DNA from: Pyrodictiaceae archaeon
GTDB lineage: Archaea; Thermoproteota; Thermoprotei_A; Sulfolobales; Pyrodictiaceae
Assembly: GCA_027036135.1 (NCBI GenBank)
Contig: JALVSY010000007.1
Coordinates: 356,880-420,879 of the forward strand
Length of the DNA: 64,000 bases
Reading direction: 5' to 3'
Shown here in pieces: positions 40,624 to 50,038 of this stretch. The stretch's first letter is position 1, and each line of letters opens with the position of its first letter. A program made the position numbers and the translations under genes. A model generated the notes under the pieces. That model was not told the DNA's origin, did not search any database, and saw only the letters and a list, made by a program, of their open reading frames with translations.

Positions 40624-41100
40624 TTATCCCTGGGCTGGAGTTATTAGGAGAGCTATTGACGCCGACCTCGTCCCCCAGCATTCTGCCTCCCTAGCCTTTT
40701 CTATTATTTTAGACCGTACTGGTTCCGCAACTCCTAGGTCATCCATAAGTAGATGGAGTGTTTGTATTTCCTCTCTTGGCTCGCACGCGCCGCTCTCTAG
40801 AGAAGATAGTATAAGTTCTAAGCCCTCTTCACCATACAAATCTACAAGGTGACTAATCTCCTTCTCCTTATAGCTGCACAACTCTATTAGCCCTTCTATA
40901 TATGTATAGGGCGTCCGAGAAGCCCATATAGCTAGGAGGTCATAGAGGTGCTCACGTATATCCTCGGCATGCAGCCCTAAGTTACTCAGAAACGAATACA
41001 TTGATGCTACTATTGTTATTTGCCTAACGAGGTCTTTTTCATTTATCTCATTCATTAATGCGAGGCCACTATACTGGTTCCTGGTAATAGCCTCGCTCAA
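40624..41100 (-). CDS. Hypothetical protein
   Basis: ORF only. Confidence 0.55.
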   Translation of the reverse strand: MSEAITRNQYSGLALMNEINEKDLVRQITIVASMYSFLSNLGLHAEDIREHLYDLLAIWASRTPYTYIEGLIELCSYKEKEISHLVDLYGEEGLELILSSLESGACEPREEIQTLHLLMDDLGVAEPVRSKIIEKAREAECWGTRSASIALLITPAQG

Positions 41101-41228
41101 GGCCGAGCCCCCGCATAGTAGTTATTGCTGGTTGTAGTGAAGGGGGATTCGGATAAGTAATACTGGAACGGTTCTGAGCAATAAGCTGTTATCGGGGATC
41201 CCTTACTCGTGGAGTGTAGGAGAAGAGT

Positions 41229-41282
41229 TCAGATGGACTAGGATACTTCATCGCTGTGCTCTGGCCGGGTACATTTCATCAT
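41229..41282 (-). ncRNA. Box C/D sRNA
   Basis: ATGATGA-12nt-CAGA...GCGATGA-15nt-CTGA. Confidence 0.7.
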
Positions 41283-41359
41283 TACTATTCTTGCTTCCAT
41301 AAAGATATTTTCATTAGTTCCTGTCCCCATAGATGTAGAATAAGTAGGGGCTTGCTAAA

Positions 41360-42091
41360 ATGGGTAACATATGTGCCAGATGCGGTAGACCATTAGAGCC
41401 AGGTAAGCATGTTGGAGCCCTCTGTCTCGATTGTTTCTTAGAGACTACTAGGCTACTCTGTATAGAGTCTAGGCTTGAATTCGAGTACTGTAAGTATTGT
41501 GGAAGTATACGGCTTGGCCATAAATGGGTAGAGGGCGGGGACTTAGAGGAGGCCACGAGGCGGTTCCTTGAGTGGTATGTTAATGAGCATGTAAGGCCTT
41601 GCACTAGCTTAGTAAGAGAGTATAGATTCATAAATATGTATGCTGAGACCGTGCCTTCTTGGAGAACAGTTTATAGACTAGAATTTGAATTCATATTGGA
41701 AGGTATTGATGAACCCGTGACTCAATCGTATAGAGTGACTATTTATGCAAGGCCAACTATATGTCCTCTATGCAAGGATGCCCGTGGAGGAGACCATAAT
41801 GTCCTCGTCCAGCTTAGAGGAGTAGAGCCTAGAAGGCTTGCTGAGAAACTCTCAGTCCTCTTTAACAGTAATAGTCACCTAGTAGAAAGCATCATAGACA
41901 TAGTTGAGCTAAGGAACGGCGCTGATATATTCCTATCTGATAGGGGTAGTGCCTCAAGAATTATCAGGGAGCTGAGGAAGCATTTTAGCGTAAGAGTAGT
42001 AACAACTGGCGAGGATGTCGGCATATCCTCGAGAGGAAAACTTCGGCGGAGACTCGTCTACTCTGTTAGGCTTAGGGAAAGAAGGCGATAA
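41360..42091 (+). CDS. nmd3: Archaeal NMD3 ribosome biogenesis protein
   Basis: CARCG..CLDC..CKYCG..CPLC and VLVQLRG. Confidence 0.85.
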   Translation: MGNICARCGRPLEPGKHVGALCLDCFLETTRLLCIESRLEFEYCKYCGSIRLGHKWVEGGDLEEATRRFLEWYVNEHVRPCTSLVREYRFINMYAETVPSWRTVYRLEFEFILEGIDEPVTQSYRVTIYARPTICPLCKDARGGDHNVLVQLRGVEPRRLAEKLSVLFNSNSHLVESIIDIVELRNGADIFLSDRGSASRIIRELRKHFSVRVVTTGEDVGISSRGKLRRRLVYSVRLRERRR

Positions 42092-42095
42092 AGTC

Positions 42096-42428
42096 TTGGA
42101 AGGGAACAAGTCTCTAGGCCTTGATTATGTGCCGGATGACGTATTAGAGGAGGTTTTGCAAGAAGAAGAGAAACTTAGGCAAAAACATAAGAAGAAATAT
42201 CCATACCCAAGTTCGAGAGATGTTGTTAACGCCGTTATCGAGGCTGTTAGGAGTTTTAGTGGTCATCCAGACGAGTTCCCGGATCACGTGATAGAGCTGC
42301 TCAGGGATAAAGGGTTCGATACAAGGCATGTAACTATTAAGCGTATATGGAGAACGTATGAGCTCCTTGTGAGAAAAGGAGTTATATCTGACCGCTTAGG
42401 TGTCGTGATCAGAGATTATGAGGATTGA
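42096..42428 (+). CDS. Conserved hypothetical protein
   Basis: HPDEFP..V...L...GF....VT.KRIWRTYE.LVRKG. Confidence 0.65.
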   Translation: MEGNKSLGLDYVPDDVLEEVLQEEEKLRQKHKKKYPYPSSRDVVNAVIEAVRSFSGHPDEFPDHVIELLRDKGFDTRHVTIKRIWRTYELLVRKGVISDRLGVVIRDYED

Positions 42429-42489
42429 TGCCACAATAGAGTTTATCTTATTAGTGTACTATTCCTCTTAGACACTGGCGGGGAATAAG

Positions 42490-42924
42490 GTGCGGGTGCT
42501 AATAAAGCACGGCGATGTATGGTTGCAGTTAAAGGAAGTCTATGTTCTTCAGAGGAGACCTCGGAAACGTGGACGAAAAAGCGCCTCGTCAAGGGCATCG
42601 CCTTATGGAATGGTTGCTGAAAGCGTAGACAAAATCAACGTCAATGGATACAAGTATAGTGAAGCAATAATAGTTCCGGCTAGCAAGGTTAGTAGGTTTG
42701 CTTCGCGTGCTCACCTTACCCCTCTCGATGCGGTTGTAGTTATAGAGCCCGAGGCCGCGGATAAATATAGGGCAACTATATATGCACGGTCTAAGAGGGA
42801 GCTAGAGGCTGCTAGAGAGGCAGCGTTGAAGATTCTATCATCACTATACTCGAGGCGTGGGGCAGGGGAAGAGGAAGCCGAAGAGGAGAGTGAAGAGGAA
42901 AGTGAGTCAGAGGAGGAAGAATGA
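42490..42924 (+). CDS. Hypothetical protein with acidic tail
   Basis: Basic N-terminus, poly-Glu C-terminus. Confidence 0.65.
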   Translation: MRVLIKHGDVWLQLKEVYVLQRRPRKRGRKSASSRASPYGMVAESVDKINVNGYKYSEAIIVPASKVSRFASRAHLTPLDAVVVIEPEAADKYRATIYARSKRELEAAREAALKILSSLYSRRGAGEEEAEEESEEESESEEEE

Positions 42925-43279
42925 GTGTGAGATATGTGGTGCGCCTGCGAGCCATGTTTGCCCCATATGCGGCCGTGTTGTATGTGATAGGCATTGGGCT
43001 GGAGATAAGTGCATAATATGTGCCGAAACCATCTGCGCAATATGTGGGAAGAGACTATCCATCGCGACATGCGCTATATGTGGTAGACCCGTTTGCGAAG
43101 AGTGTTCCATACAAGTTAACCCCGTTGTCCGTGTATGTGTTAAGTGTGCGGAAAAGTATAGCATAGGGACCGGGGCCAGGGACTGGCCTCCCAGGGACAT
43201 TGTAGAGCTAGAGCTTAGGAAACTCTCAACTCGGCTAGAGGAGTTCGTTAAGAAATGGAGACTAGTCGCTAGGTCTTAG
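42857..43279 (+). CDS. Multi-zinc-finger protein (start uncertain)
   Basis: Repeated CxxC knuckles (CEICG, CPICG, CAICG x2, CEEC, CVKC). Confidence 0.75.
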   Translation: MGQGKRKPKRRVKRKVSQRRKNECEICGAPASHVCPICGRVVCDRHWAGDKCIICAETICAICGKRLSIATCAICGRPVCEECSIQVNPVVRVCVKCAEKYSIGTGARDWPPRDIVELELRKLSTRLEEFVKKWRLVARS

Positions 43280-44230
43280 AAATGAGTCTAGTCTCCTAGC
43301 TTCTCTCCTAGCCAGCTGTACACGGTTAGGAATTAGGTGAGAGCCGTCACATGTAGGCGCGGTATGTAGGTGTGCGAATCCCTCGCGGCATGTAGCGTAC
43401 TCCATTCCTAGCCTCAGAGCTTCCTCTCTTACAGTCAATAGTATACGTTTCCTTACTTCTAGAGGCAGGTATCTATATCCATACAAGCGTTCTCCTTTAA
43501 TCTTATAGAGTTCTTTATACTTTTTCTCAAGCTCTGGAAACGCCTCTATTATTCTCTTGAAGTTATCTGGCTTTGCTTTATAAGTTGAGGTTACGACGAA
43601 GCGGGCGCCAGCTAAACGAGCTGCCTCCAGTACTTCCCTTATACTATCTCTCGAGTCATTGAGAAAAGGAAGTATGGGGTCAAGTCTTATACCAACAGGT
43701 ACCCCATTGCTCGATAGTTCTTCCAAAGCCCGTATACGTAAACGAGGCAGCGAGGCTCCTGGCTCAAGTTTCCTAGCTAGAGACGTGTTGAGAGTGGTTA
43801 TTGTCATTGTTACAGCAGCGTTTCCTTTGGAGAGTAGCTCCTTGTCTCTAGCAACTAGGGCGCCCTTCGTTATTATGAGCACCTTAAATCCTCTTGGCAG
43901 GAGTTGCTCGAGGCTCCACCTAGTTAGCTGATATTGTTCCTCTTCTGGGGGGTAAGGATCGCTGCTTGTAGAAATATCTATGTGGTAACGCGGATCAATA
44001 ACGTGGGCAATGTCGTATAGTAACCTTTTTTTGTAATCCTTCTTCGGCGTACTTGGTCTAAGCCCGATATATGATGTGGCATAGCAATAGAGGCAGAAAT
44101 GGCTACAACCGGTGTATGGGTTAAGGGAGTACTTAGGTGGACATGTGCAGAGAGGGTTGCCCCAAGGATCAAACGCGTTTACTACCTTGCCGCTCCTAAG
44201 TAGCGTTCTTCTCCTAGTAGCGCTGGGCAT
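43262..44230 (-). CDS. Radical SAM protein, SPL-like family
   Basis: LNPYTGCSHFCLYCYA, SSDPYP, ITKG and LEPGA. Confidence 0.85.
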   Translation of the reverse strand: MPSATRRRTLLRSGKVVNAFDPWGNPLCTCPPKYSLNPYTGCSHFCLYCYATSYIGLRPSTPKKDYKKRLLYDIAHVIDPRYHIDISTSSDPYPPEEEQYQLTRWSLEQLLPRGFKVLIITKGALVARDKELLSKGNAAVTMTITTLNTSLARKLEPGASLPRLRIRALEELSSNGVPVGIRLDPILPFLNDSRDSIREVLEAARLAGARFVVTSTYKAKPDNFKRIIEAFPELEKKYKELYKIKGERLYGYRYLPLEVRKRILLTVREEALRLGMEYATCREGFAHLHTAPTCDGSHLIPNRVQLARREARRLDSFLRPSD

Positions 44231-44285
44231 TCCTCTGTCAGGTCCCCGCTACCCGAGGACTATGTATCTCTAGTTAGCGGGTGTC

Positions 44286-44888
44286 TTAGAGCTCTATATT
44301 TGCGTGTTTTGCTCGAAGGTCTTTCTCACTTTTGCCGAGGCGGTGCATGAGCTCTACTGTGACTCCGTCGAGGAAAACCATTGCTGTGTCCTCAAATAGT
44401 GTCCCTAGGGGTGCTAGGGGCTCGTGTATACCGAGTATCTGTCTAGCAAAGTAATCTATATCGGGTGCAAGCTTCGTCCTTCCAGGTATTTCTACAACAA
44501 TGTCTGCTAGCTTGGCTAATGGGCTATCAATATAGCTTGTGATTGCTATTATCTTCGCTTTTACCTTCTTAGCCGCCTCCGCGGCTGTTACTATTAGCTG
44601 TGTGCGGCCCGAGCCAGATATAGCAACAACAACGTCGTTCTCACCTATACTGGGTGTAATAGTTTCACCGAGAACATAGACGTTAAACCCTAGGTGCATA
44701 AGCCTCATTGCAAAAGCTCTTCCAACGAGTCCACTTCTACCAGCACCCATGACAAGGACCTTGCGCCCATTCCTATACGCATCAACAAGAGTGTCAATCA
44801 TGGCTCTTACTTCATCGTCTTTAAGCCTCTCTATTACCTTGTCGATGAATATCACTATTTCCTTCATAGTCTTTTTGACATACTCCAT
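44286..44888 (-). CDS. hxlB: 6-phospho-3-hexuloisomerase
   Basis: [28 protein letters not shown] and HANIE. Confidence 0.93.
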   Translation of the reverse strand: MEYVKKTMKEIVIFIDKVIERLKDDEVRAMIDTLVDAYRNGRKVLVMGAGRSGLVGRAFAMRLMHLGFNVYVLGETITPSIGENDVVVAISGSGRTQLIVTAAEAAKKVKAKIIAITSYIDSPLAKLADIVVEIPGRTKLAPDIDYFARQILGIHEPLAPLGTLFEDTAMVFLDGVTVELMHRLGKSEKDLRAKHANIEL

Positions 44889-45099
44889 TAATAGCCCCCC
44901 ACAAGCTCCTCCATCATATGGCTCCCAGTAGTCAATAAATTATTTTCACTGCCAGATGGTAAGACGAGCAATGGTATCTGCGTCAACTTTTTATCCAGTA
45001 GGGATCATCAAGCGATGCAATGGCTATAGCAGTGTGGCACCCCCAAAGAAGCAAGGTACTTGGAGCTCGGAATGAAGGGAAAAGGAAGGGTGGTTAGTT

Positions 45100-48072
45100 A
45101 TTGCTTCGTCACCAGTTACTAGAAAAGAACCCATTAATGAGTACGCAAAATACCTCTTCGAAGTAGCGCAGAAATGGCAAAAGGCCTGGAGAGAAGCAAG
45201 GATACTTGAAGCAGACATAGATGAGACTAGGCCCAAATTCTTCCTAACAGCGGCCTTCCCATACCCTAATAGCCCGCTACACCTTGGACACGGAAGAACA
45301 TATACAATAACTGATGCATACGCCCGCTATCTAAGAATGAAGGGATACAATGTATTATTCCCAATGGGATTCCATTACACTGGCACGCCAATCCTAACAA
45401 TGGCTGAGCAAATAGCCGCTGGAGACCGGGAGCTAATAGACCTCATGATAAATGTTTATGATGTACCGCCAGAGGATATTGAGAAGCTAAAAGACCCGTT
45501 ATCGCTTGCTAGGTACTTCCATAATGATGCAAAAACAGCTATGAGTGAGATGGGTTATAGCATCGATTGGCGAAGAGAGTTCACTACAATAGATCCCGAA
45601 TTTAAGCGCTTCATTATCTGGCAGTTTACGAAGCTTAAGGAAAAAGGCCTACTAACCAAGGGCACTCACCCTGTTGGTTGGTGCCCGCGACACAATATGC
45701 CAGTCGGGATGCATGATACCAAGGGCGATGTTGAGCCAGAGATAGGGGAGTTTACTCTAATACTATTCCAACTAGATGACTCAAGTTACCTACCCGCCGC
45801 AACACTACGCCCGGAGACAGTCTTTGGAGTCACTAATATATGGGTAAACCCGGAGGCAGAGTACGTCTTTGTCGAGATAGATGGCAAGAAATACGTTGTA
45901 AGCAAACGTGCAGCTTTCAAGCTAAGGTTCCAGAGGGATAACGTAAAGGAAGGCAAGATAATTAAAGGAAGCGACTTGATAGGAAAACAAGTACTTAATC
46001 CGGCAACTGGTGAGAAGGTACCGATACTCCCAGCAAAATTCGTTGACCCTGACACGGCTACAGGTGTTGTAATGAGTGTACCTGCTCACGCACCCTACGA
46101 CTACGTAGCTCTTAAGGAGTTACTTGAGAAAAATAAAGAATTGTTAGAAAAACTTGGAATAGACGCAACGAGGCTTTCACCAATTCCCCTCATACGTGTT
46201 CCGGGTTATAGCGAGATACCCGCAAAAGATATCGTTGAGAAGATGGGAGTAAAGAGCCAGCTCGATACAAGACTCCTGGATGAGGCAACTAAGAAGCTCT
46301 ATAGCGATGAATTCAACAAGGGTGTTATGAGGGAAGATATAGTAAATAGAGTGTACCGGGATGTACCTGAACAATATAGGAAGTTTATAGTAGCAGCAAT
46401 AAAGTCGTGGATAGTTGGTCGCTCCGTGAAGGAAGCGAGGGATGCTACAACTAGCTGGTTAAATGCACTCGGCTACGCGGATAAGATGTACGAGATACTC
46501 AATAAGCCTGTCTATTGCCGCTGCGGGACAGAGATAGTAGTAAAGGTGCTAAAGGACCAGTGGTTCATAAACTATGGCGATAAGGAGTGGAAGGCAAAGG
46601 TTCTAGAACTACTAGGCAGCATGAGAATTGTTCCGGAGATAATGAGAGAAGAATTCATCAAGGTAATTGATTGGTTGCATGAACGCGCAGCAGCCCGTAC
46701 AAGGGGCCTCGGTACAGAGCTACCCTGGGCTAAGGGATGGATAATAGAGAGTTTAAGCGATTCAACAATATACATGGCATTCTATACCGTTATACATAAG
46801 ATAAGAGCCTATGATCTCAAGCCCGAGCAACTATCAATAGAGTTCTGGGACTATGTGCTCCTAGGTAGAGGCGATCCAAGGAAAGTATCAAAGGAGACTG
46901 GTATACCACTAGGAATCCTCGAAGAATTGCGCAGAGAATTTGACTACTGGTATCCACTAGACTCAAGACATAGTGGCCGCGACCTAGTACCCAACCATCT
47001 AACATTCTTCCTATTCAACCACGCAGCTATATTTCCGAAGGAGAAGTGGCCTCGGCAAATAGTAGTAAATGGCTTCGTGTTACTAGAAGGAAAGAAGATG
47101 AGCAAGAGCCTACGAAACATAGTGCCGCTAAGGAGAGCACTAAGAGTATATGGTGTCGACACTGTTAGGGCGACTCTCCTAGCAGCTGCGGAGATTCTAC
47201 AAGACGCTAACTTCACAGAGGACCTAGCAAAGAGTGTAATGTCGCAACTAAGGAAAATAGAGGATATAGTGGCTAGAGTCCAAGAAGCTGATACAGAAAC
47301 AAAGCTCATAGATAGATGGTTGCTGAGCAGATTACAGAGCCACATAAACCACGTTAGCAAGTCTTTCGATGAGCTAAGAATCAGGGCTGCGACCATAAGG
47401 GTGCTCTACGAGATGGAGAACGATGCTGAGAAATATCTCGAGATACGCGGGCACCCGGGACCTGCACTTAAGGAATACGTATCCGCGTGGATAAAGATGC
47501 TAACTCCAATAGCGCCTCACTTGGCTGAAGAGCTCTGGCACAAGCTAGGCAATAAGACGTTCGTCTCGCTGGAGCACTGGCCTGTAGCTGATAAGTCTAG
47601 GATAGATGATATCGCGGAACTCACAGTAGCATATATCAACAAAGTGATAGATGATATAAAGTCTATACTACGTGTATACAAGGGTACGGCATCCAAAGCA
47701 TTAATTATAACAGCTAGGCCGAGTGACTGGGTATACGCATCAATAACTGCTTCTATGATTTTAGAGAAGAGGCAGCTCCGTGATATAATACGCGAATTGA
47801 TAGCTAAAGGGGTACCCGGTGCAACAGCAGCTAAACTAGCGAAGAGGCTATATGAACATCTAAGAGGATTAGACGAGGAAGCGTTAAGAAAAATAGCGTC
47901 AGTTAAAGAATTCAATGAAAAGGAGGTTCTTGAAGAATTCAAGGAATATGTAGCAAGAAAGACTGGTATCCGTGAAATAAAAGTCGTTATCGTTGATGAG
48001 GCGCCGTTGAGTGCTCCACGCCAAAAGATAGAAGCGGCAATACCATCACGTCCAGCAATTATCATAGAATAG
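45100..48072 (+). CDS. leuS: Leucyl-tRNA synthetase (start non-canonical or frameshifted)
   Basis: In-frame KWQKAW...AFPYPNSPLHLGH lies upstream of ATG 45337; TLRPET, ESLSDSTIYMA and KMSKS. Confidence 0.93.
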   Translation: MASSPVTRKEPINEYAKYLFEVAQKWQKAWREARILEADIDETRPKFFLTAAFPYPNSPLHLGHGRTYTITDAYARYLRMKGYNVLFPMGFHYTGTPILTMAEQIAAGDRELIDLMINVYDVPPEDIEKLKDPLSLARYFHNDAKTAMSEMGYSIDWRREFTTIDPEFKRFIIWQFTKLKEKGLLTKGTHPVGWCPRHNMPVGMHDTKGDVEPEIGEFTLILFQLDDSSYLPAATLRPETVFGVTNIWVNPEAEYVFVEIDGKKYVVSKRAAFKLRFQRDNVKEGKIIKGSDLIGKQVLNPATGEKVPILPAKFVDPDTATGVVMSVPAHAPYDYVALKELLEKNKELLEKLGIDATRLSPIPLIRVPGYSEIPAKDIVEKMGVKSQLDTRLLDEATKKLYSDEFNKGVMREDIVNRVYRDVPEQYRKFIVAAIKSWIVGRSVKEARDATTSWLNALGYADKMYEILNKPVYCRCGTEIVVKVLKDQWFINYGDKEWKAKVLELLGSMRIVPEIMREEFIKVIDWLHERAAARTRGLGTELPWAKGWIIESLSDSTIYMAFYTVIHKIRAYDLKPEQLSIEFWDYVLLGRGDPRKVSKETGIPLGILEELRREFDYWYPLDSRHSGRDLVPNHLTFFLFNHAAIFPKEKWPRQIVVNGFVLLEGKKMSKSLRNIVPLRRALRVYGVDTVRATLLAAAEILQDANFTEDLAKSVMSQLRKIEDIVARVQEADTETKLIDRWLLSRLQSHINHVSKSFDELRIRAATIRVLYEMENDAEKYLEIRGHPGPALKEYVSAWIKMLTPIAPHLAEELWHKLGNKTFVSLEHWPVADKSRIDDIAELTVAYINKVIDDIKSILRVYKGTASKALIITARPSDWVYASITASMILEKRQLRDIIRELIAKGVPGATAAKLAKRLYEHLRGLDEEALRKIASVKEFNEKEVLEEFKEYVARKTGIREIKVVIVDEAPLSAPRQKIEAAIPSRPAIIIE

Positions 48073-48702
48073 CTATAGTTCGTGAATACGTATTTTCTTA
48101 TTCTTAACATCTATATCTATACAGCCTTTTTCTGACAAGCTAGCTATAATCTCCCGTGCCCTAGTTTTTGGTATTCCTAAGTCTATTGATAAAGCCTCAA
48201 TAGCCTCTCTAAGCAGTATTTCACCTAGCCCAAAGTATTTCTTAAGAATTTCAAGAGCAGTTATGTCTTTACAAGGACTAGGAGATCTTATGATATTATA
48301 ATTATTATCTATCGTTACATATTCCCTAAGAGTAGTATTGTTTAAATGAATCAGTAAAAGATATGTGCCCTGAGAAGCTCTTTTAACATCTACTTTTTCT
48401 AATCCACAGCTCCTATAATTTCTTATAATGGTGCCAGCTGCCAGTATGAGCCCCTCTGTGCACGTTCCCGGGCACCATAATAATGCATAGTTATTCTCGT
48501 TGTAGCATTCTTTGCAACTTTTGACTATTTCCTCGTTTAGTACGCTTAAAGCAATTCCTCTTAACGTGTCATAGGCGCAGATGGTAAAGTCCCTGAAAAT
48601 GCTAGCTGCGTACTTGGCAAGAGCTAGCGCTAGTCGTTGAGGAGACTTGGGCATGTATAGCCTGTGTCGCTTATCTAGAACCGAGAGAATCAGTGGTTTC
48701 AT
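48073..48702 (-). CDS. Hypothetical protein with C-terminal wHTH
   Basis: EAIEALSIDLGIPKTRAREIIASLSEKGCIDI. Confidence 0.55.
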   Translation of the reverse strand: MKPLILSVLDKRHRLYMPKSPQRLALALAKYAASIFRDFTICAYDTLRGIALSVLNEEIVKSCKECYNENNYALLWCPGTCTEGLILAAGTIIRNYRSCGLEKVDVKRASQGTYLLLIHLNNTTLREYVTIDNNYNIIRSPSPCKDITALEILKKYFGLGEILLREAIEALSIDLGIPKTRAREIIASLSEKGCIDIDVKNKKIRIHEL

Positions 48703-48734
48703 TCCTATCCCCGTGCCATACCATACTCGGGGCC

Positions 48735-48791
48735 GGGATCAGCGTAGCTCAGCTTCCTCACCGCTCAGCGTTCGTTCCCTCGTCATATCCC
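48735..48791 (-). ncRNA. Box C/D sRNA, probably tRNA-targeting
   Basis: GGGAT-ATGACGA-11nt-CTGA-gcg-GTGAGGA-agctgagctacg-CTGA-TCCC; guide antisense to tRNA GUAGCUCAGCU. Confidence 0.75.
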
Positions 48792-48875
48792 AGCCAAATA
48801 AATAATCAAGTACTGGTATAACTTCATAAATTCAGCGCGGTGCACTAGGTTAGAAGCAACGCTGTTCCAATTATC

Positions 48876-48941
48876 GTGATGAATAAGAGGGTCTCTGATT
48901 CATCGAGTAATGGGGTAGTGATGAGCGCCGGATAATGCTGA
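48876..48941 (+). ncRNA. Box C/D sRNA
   Basis: GTGATGA-12nt-CTGA...GTGATGA-13nt-CTGA. Confidence 0.8.
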
Positions 48942-49021
48942 TACAAATCCTGGGCGTGCCTCATATATGTCTTGATACTATACGCTTTTAATTAACCTAT
49001 GGTTTTATGCTGTTTTAGAAT

Positions 49022-49087
49022 GGAGGCCTCGCAACAGCTCCGTAGGGAGCAGGATGAGCGGGGCCGGGACGTATTCACCGCGCCTCC
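49022..49087 (+). ncRNA. Structured ncRNA with an 18-nt 16S rRNA antisense (non-canonical guide?)
   Basis: GGAGGC/GCCTCC terminal stem, gctcc/ggagc hairpin, GGATGA, GGGACGTATTCACCGCGC; upstream TATA. Confidence 0.55.
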
Positions 49088-49111
49088 TATCCTCTTCGTT
49101 TTCATCAAACG

Positions 49112-49837
49112 ATGAAAAAGGGATGGTGGGCTCTAGTGTTGACGATAATGGCTACATCGGATGTTCATAGTCCGAGATTCTTGTTGCATTACATGGGCGC
49201 TTTGAGTAAGCATCGTGAAGAATGTAATAGAGTTGAACTTGTGCTTTGGGCCGGAGATATGGTTGAGAAAGGCAATGTTGGGGCCCTTAGGAGCGTTTTA
49301 GAAGCAACCAAACGTATTTGTAATCGGGCTAGAATAGTAGCAGTATTCGGCAACGAGGAGTTCATGGATAGGGAGCACGAGTTTGTTAAAAGTTATCCTG
49401 AGATAGTCTGGCTTAATGACAGTTACTATATTTTTGTCTCGTCAAAGGGCGAGGAGATAGCAATATATGGTACAAGGGGCTCATTAGACAGACCGACAAG
49501 GTGGCAGCGAAAACACATACCGGGTATTGAAAGAATTTATAAAGAGCGTGTAGAGAGGCTTAGAAAAATAGTCAAGGAGCTGAAAAAGAACTATGATAAA
49601 GTTGTAGTGCTCACGCACTATGCGCCAACCTATGTCACCCTAGAAGGCGAAGATAGAAGAATATGGCCCGAGGTTGGTAGCCTATTAATGGAGGCAGCCA
49701 TAAAAGAGGTAAAACCCGCAATCGTTATACACGGTCATGCTCATAACTCTAAGAGGCTTGAAGCGTATATTGACGGTGTGCGTGTGGTTAATGTTGCTTT
49801 TCCCGCGCGAAAAGACGTAGTGATACTAGGTCTCTAG
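49112..49837 (+). CDS. Calcineurin-like metallophosphoesterase
   Basis: SDVH, AGD, FGNEE, THYAP and HGHAH. Confidence 0.88.
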   Translation: MKKGWWALVLTIMATSDVHSPRFLLHYMGALSKHREECNRVELVLWAGDMVEKGNVGALRSVLEATKRICNRARIVAVFGNEEFMDREHEFVKSYPEIVWLNDSYYIFVSSKGEEIAIYGTRGSLDRPTRWQRKHIPGIERIYKERVERLRKIVKELKKNYDKVVVLTHYAPTYVTLEGEDRRIWPEVGSLLMEAAIKEVKPAIVIHGHAHNSKRLEAYIDGVRVVNVAFPARKDVVILGL

Positions 49838-49899
49838 CCGATGATACAGGGCCGCCTTTGCTGAAGACAATATGATGAATCTTTTACGGCGTTGAGGCT
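49836..49899 (+). ncRNA. Box C/D sRNA
   Basis: agCCGATGA-16nt-CTGA...ATGATGA-13nt-TTGA-ggct. Confidence 0.7.
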
Positions 49900-49958
49900 C
49901 AGACAGCCGCCACACCGTCATCGCTGCCTCATTGATGTCGGGATGGTCATCACAGCCT
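49895..49958 (-). ncRNA. Box C/D sRNA convergent with the previous one
   Basis: aggct-GTGATGA-ccatcccgacatca-ATGA-ggca-GCGATGA-15nt-CTGA-gcct. Confidence 0.75.
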
Positions 49959-50038
49959 AGGTACTTGTTAACTCTACTAAGACTAATTTAAGTCTCTGTG
50001 TCTACTTAGGTGCAGAAGTAAACTGGGTGGCGAGATAA

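Noticed and set aside
44951-45012. Minus-strand TTGATGA...TTGA...CTGG sRNA-like stretch
   Set aside because: No convincing C' box or spacing; it lies in a divergent promoter region.
48735-48791. tRNA fragment (GTAGCTCAGC...GTTCG..CCC) on the plus strand
   Set aside because: Too short with no anticodon arm; better explained as a minus-strand C/D sRNA.
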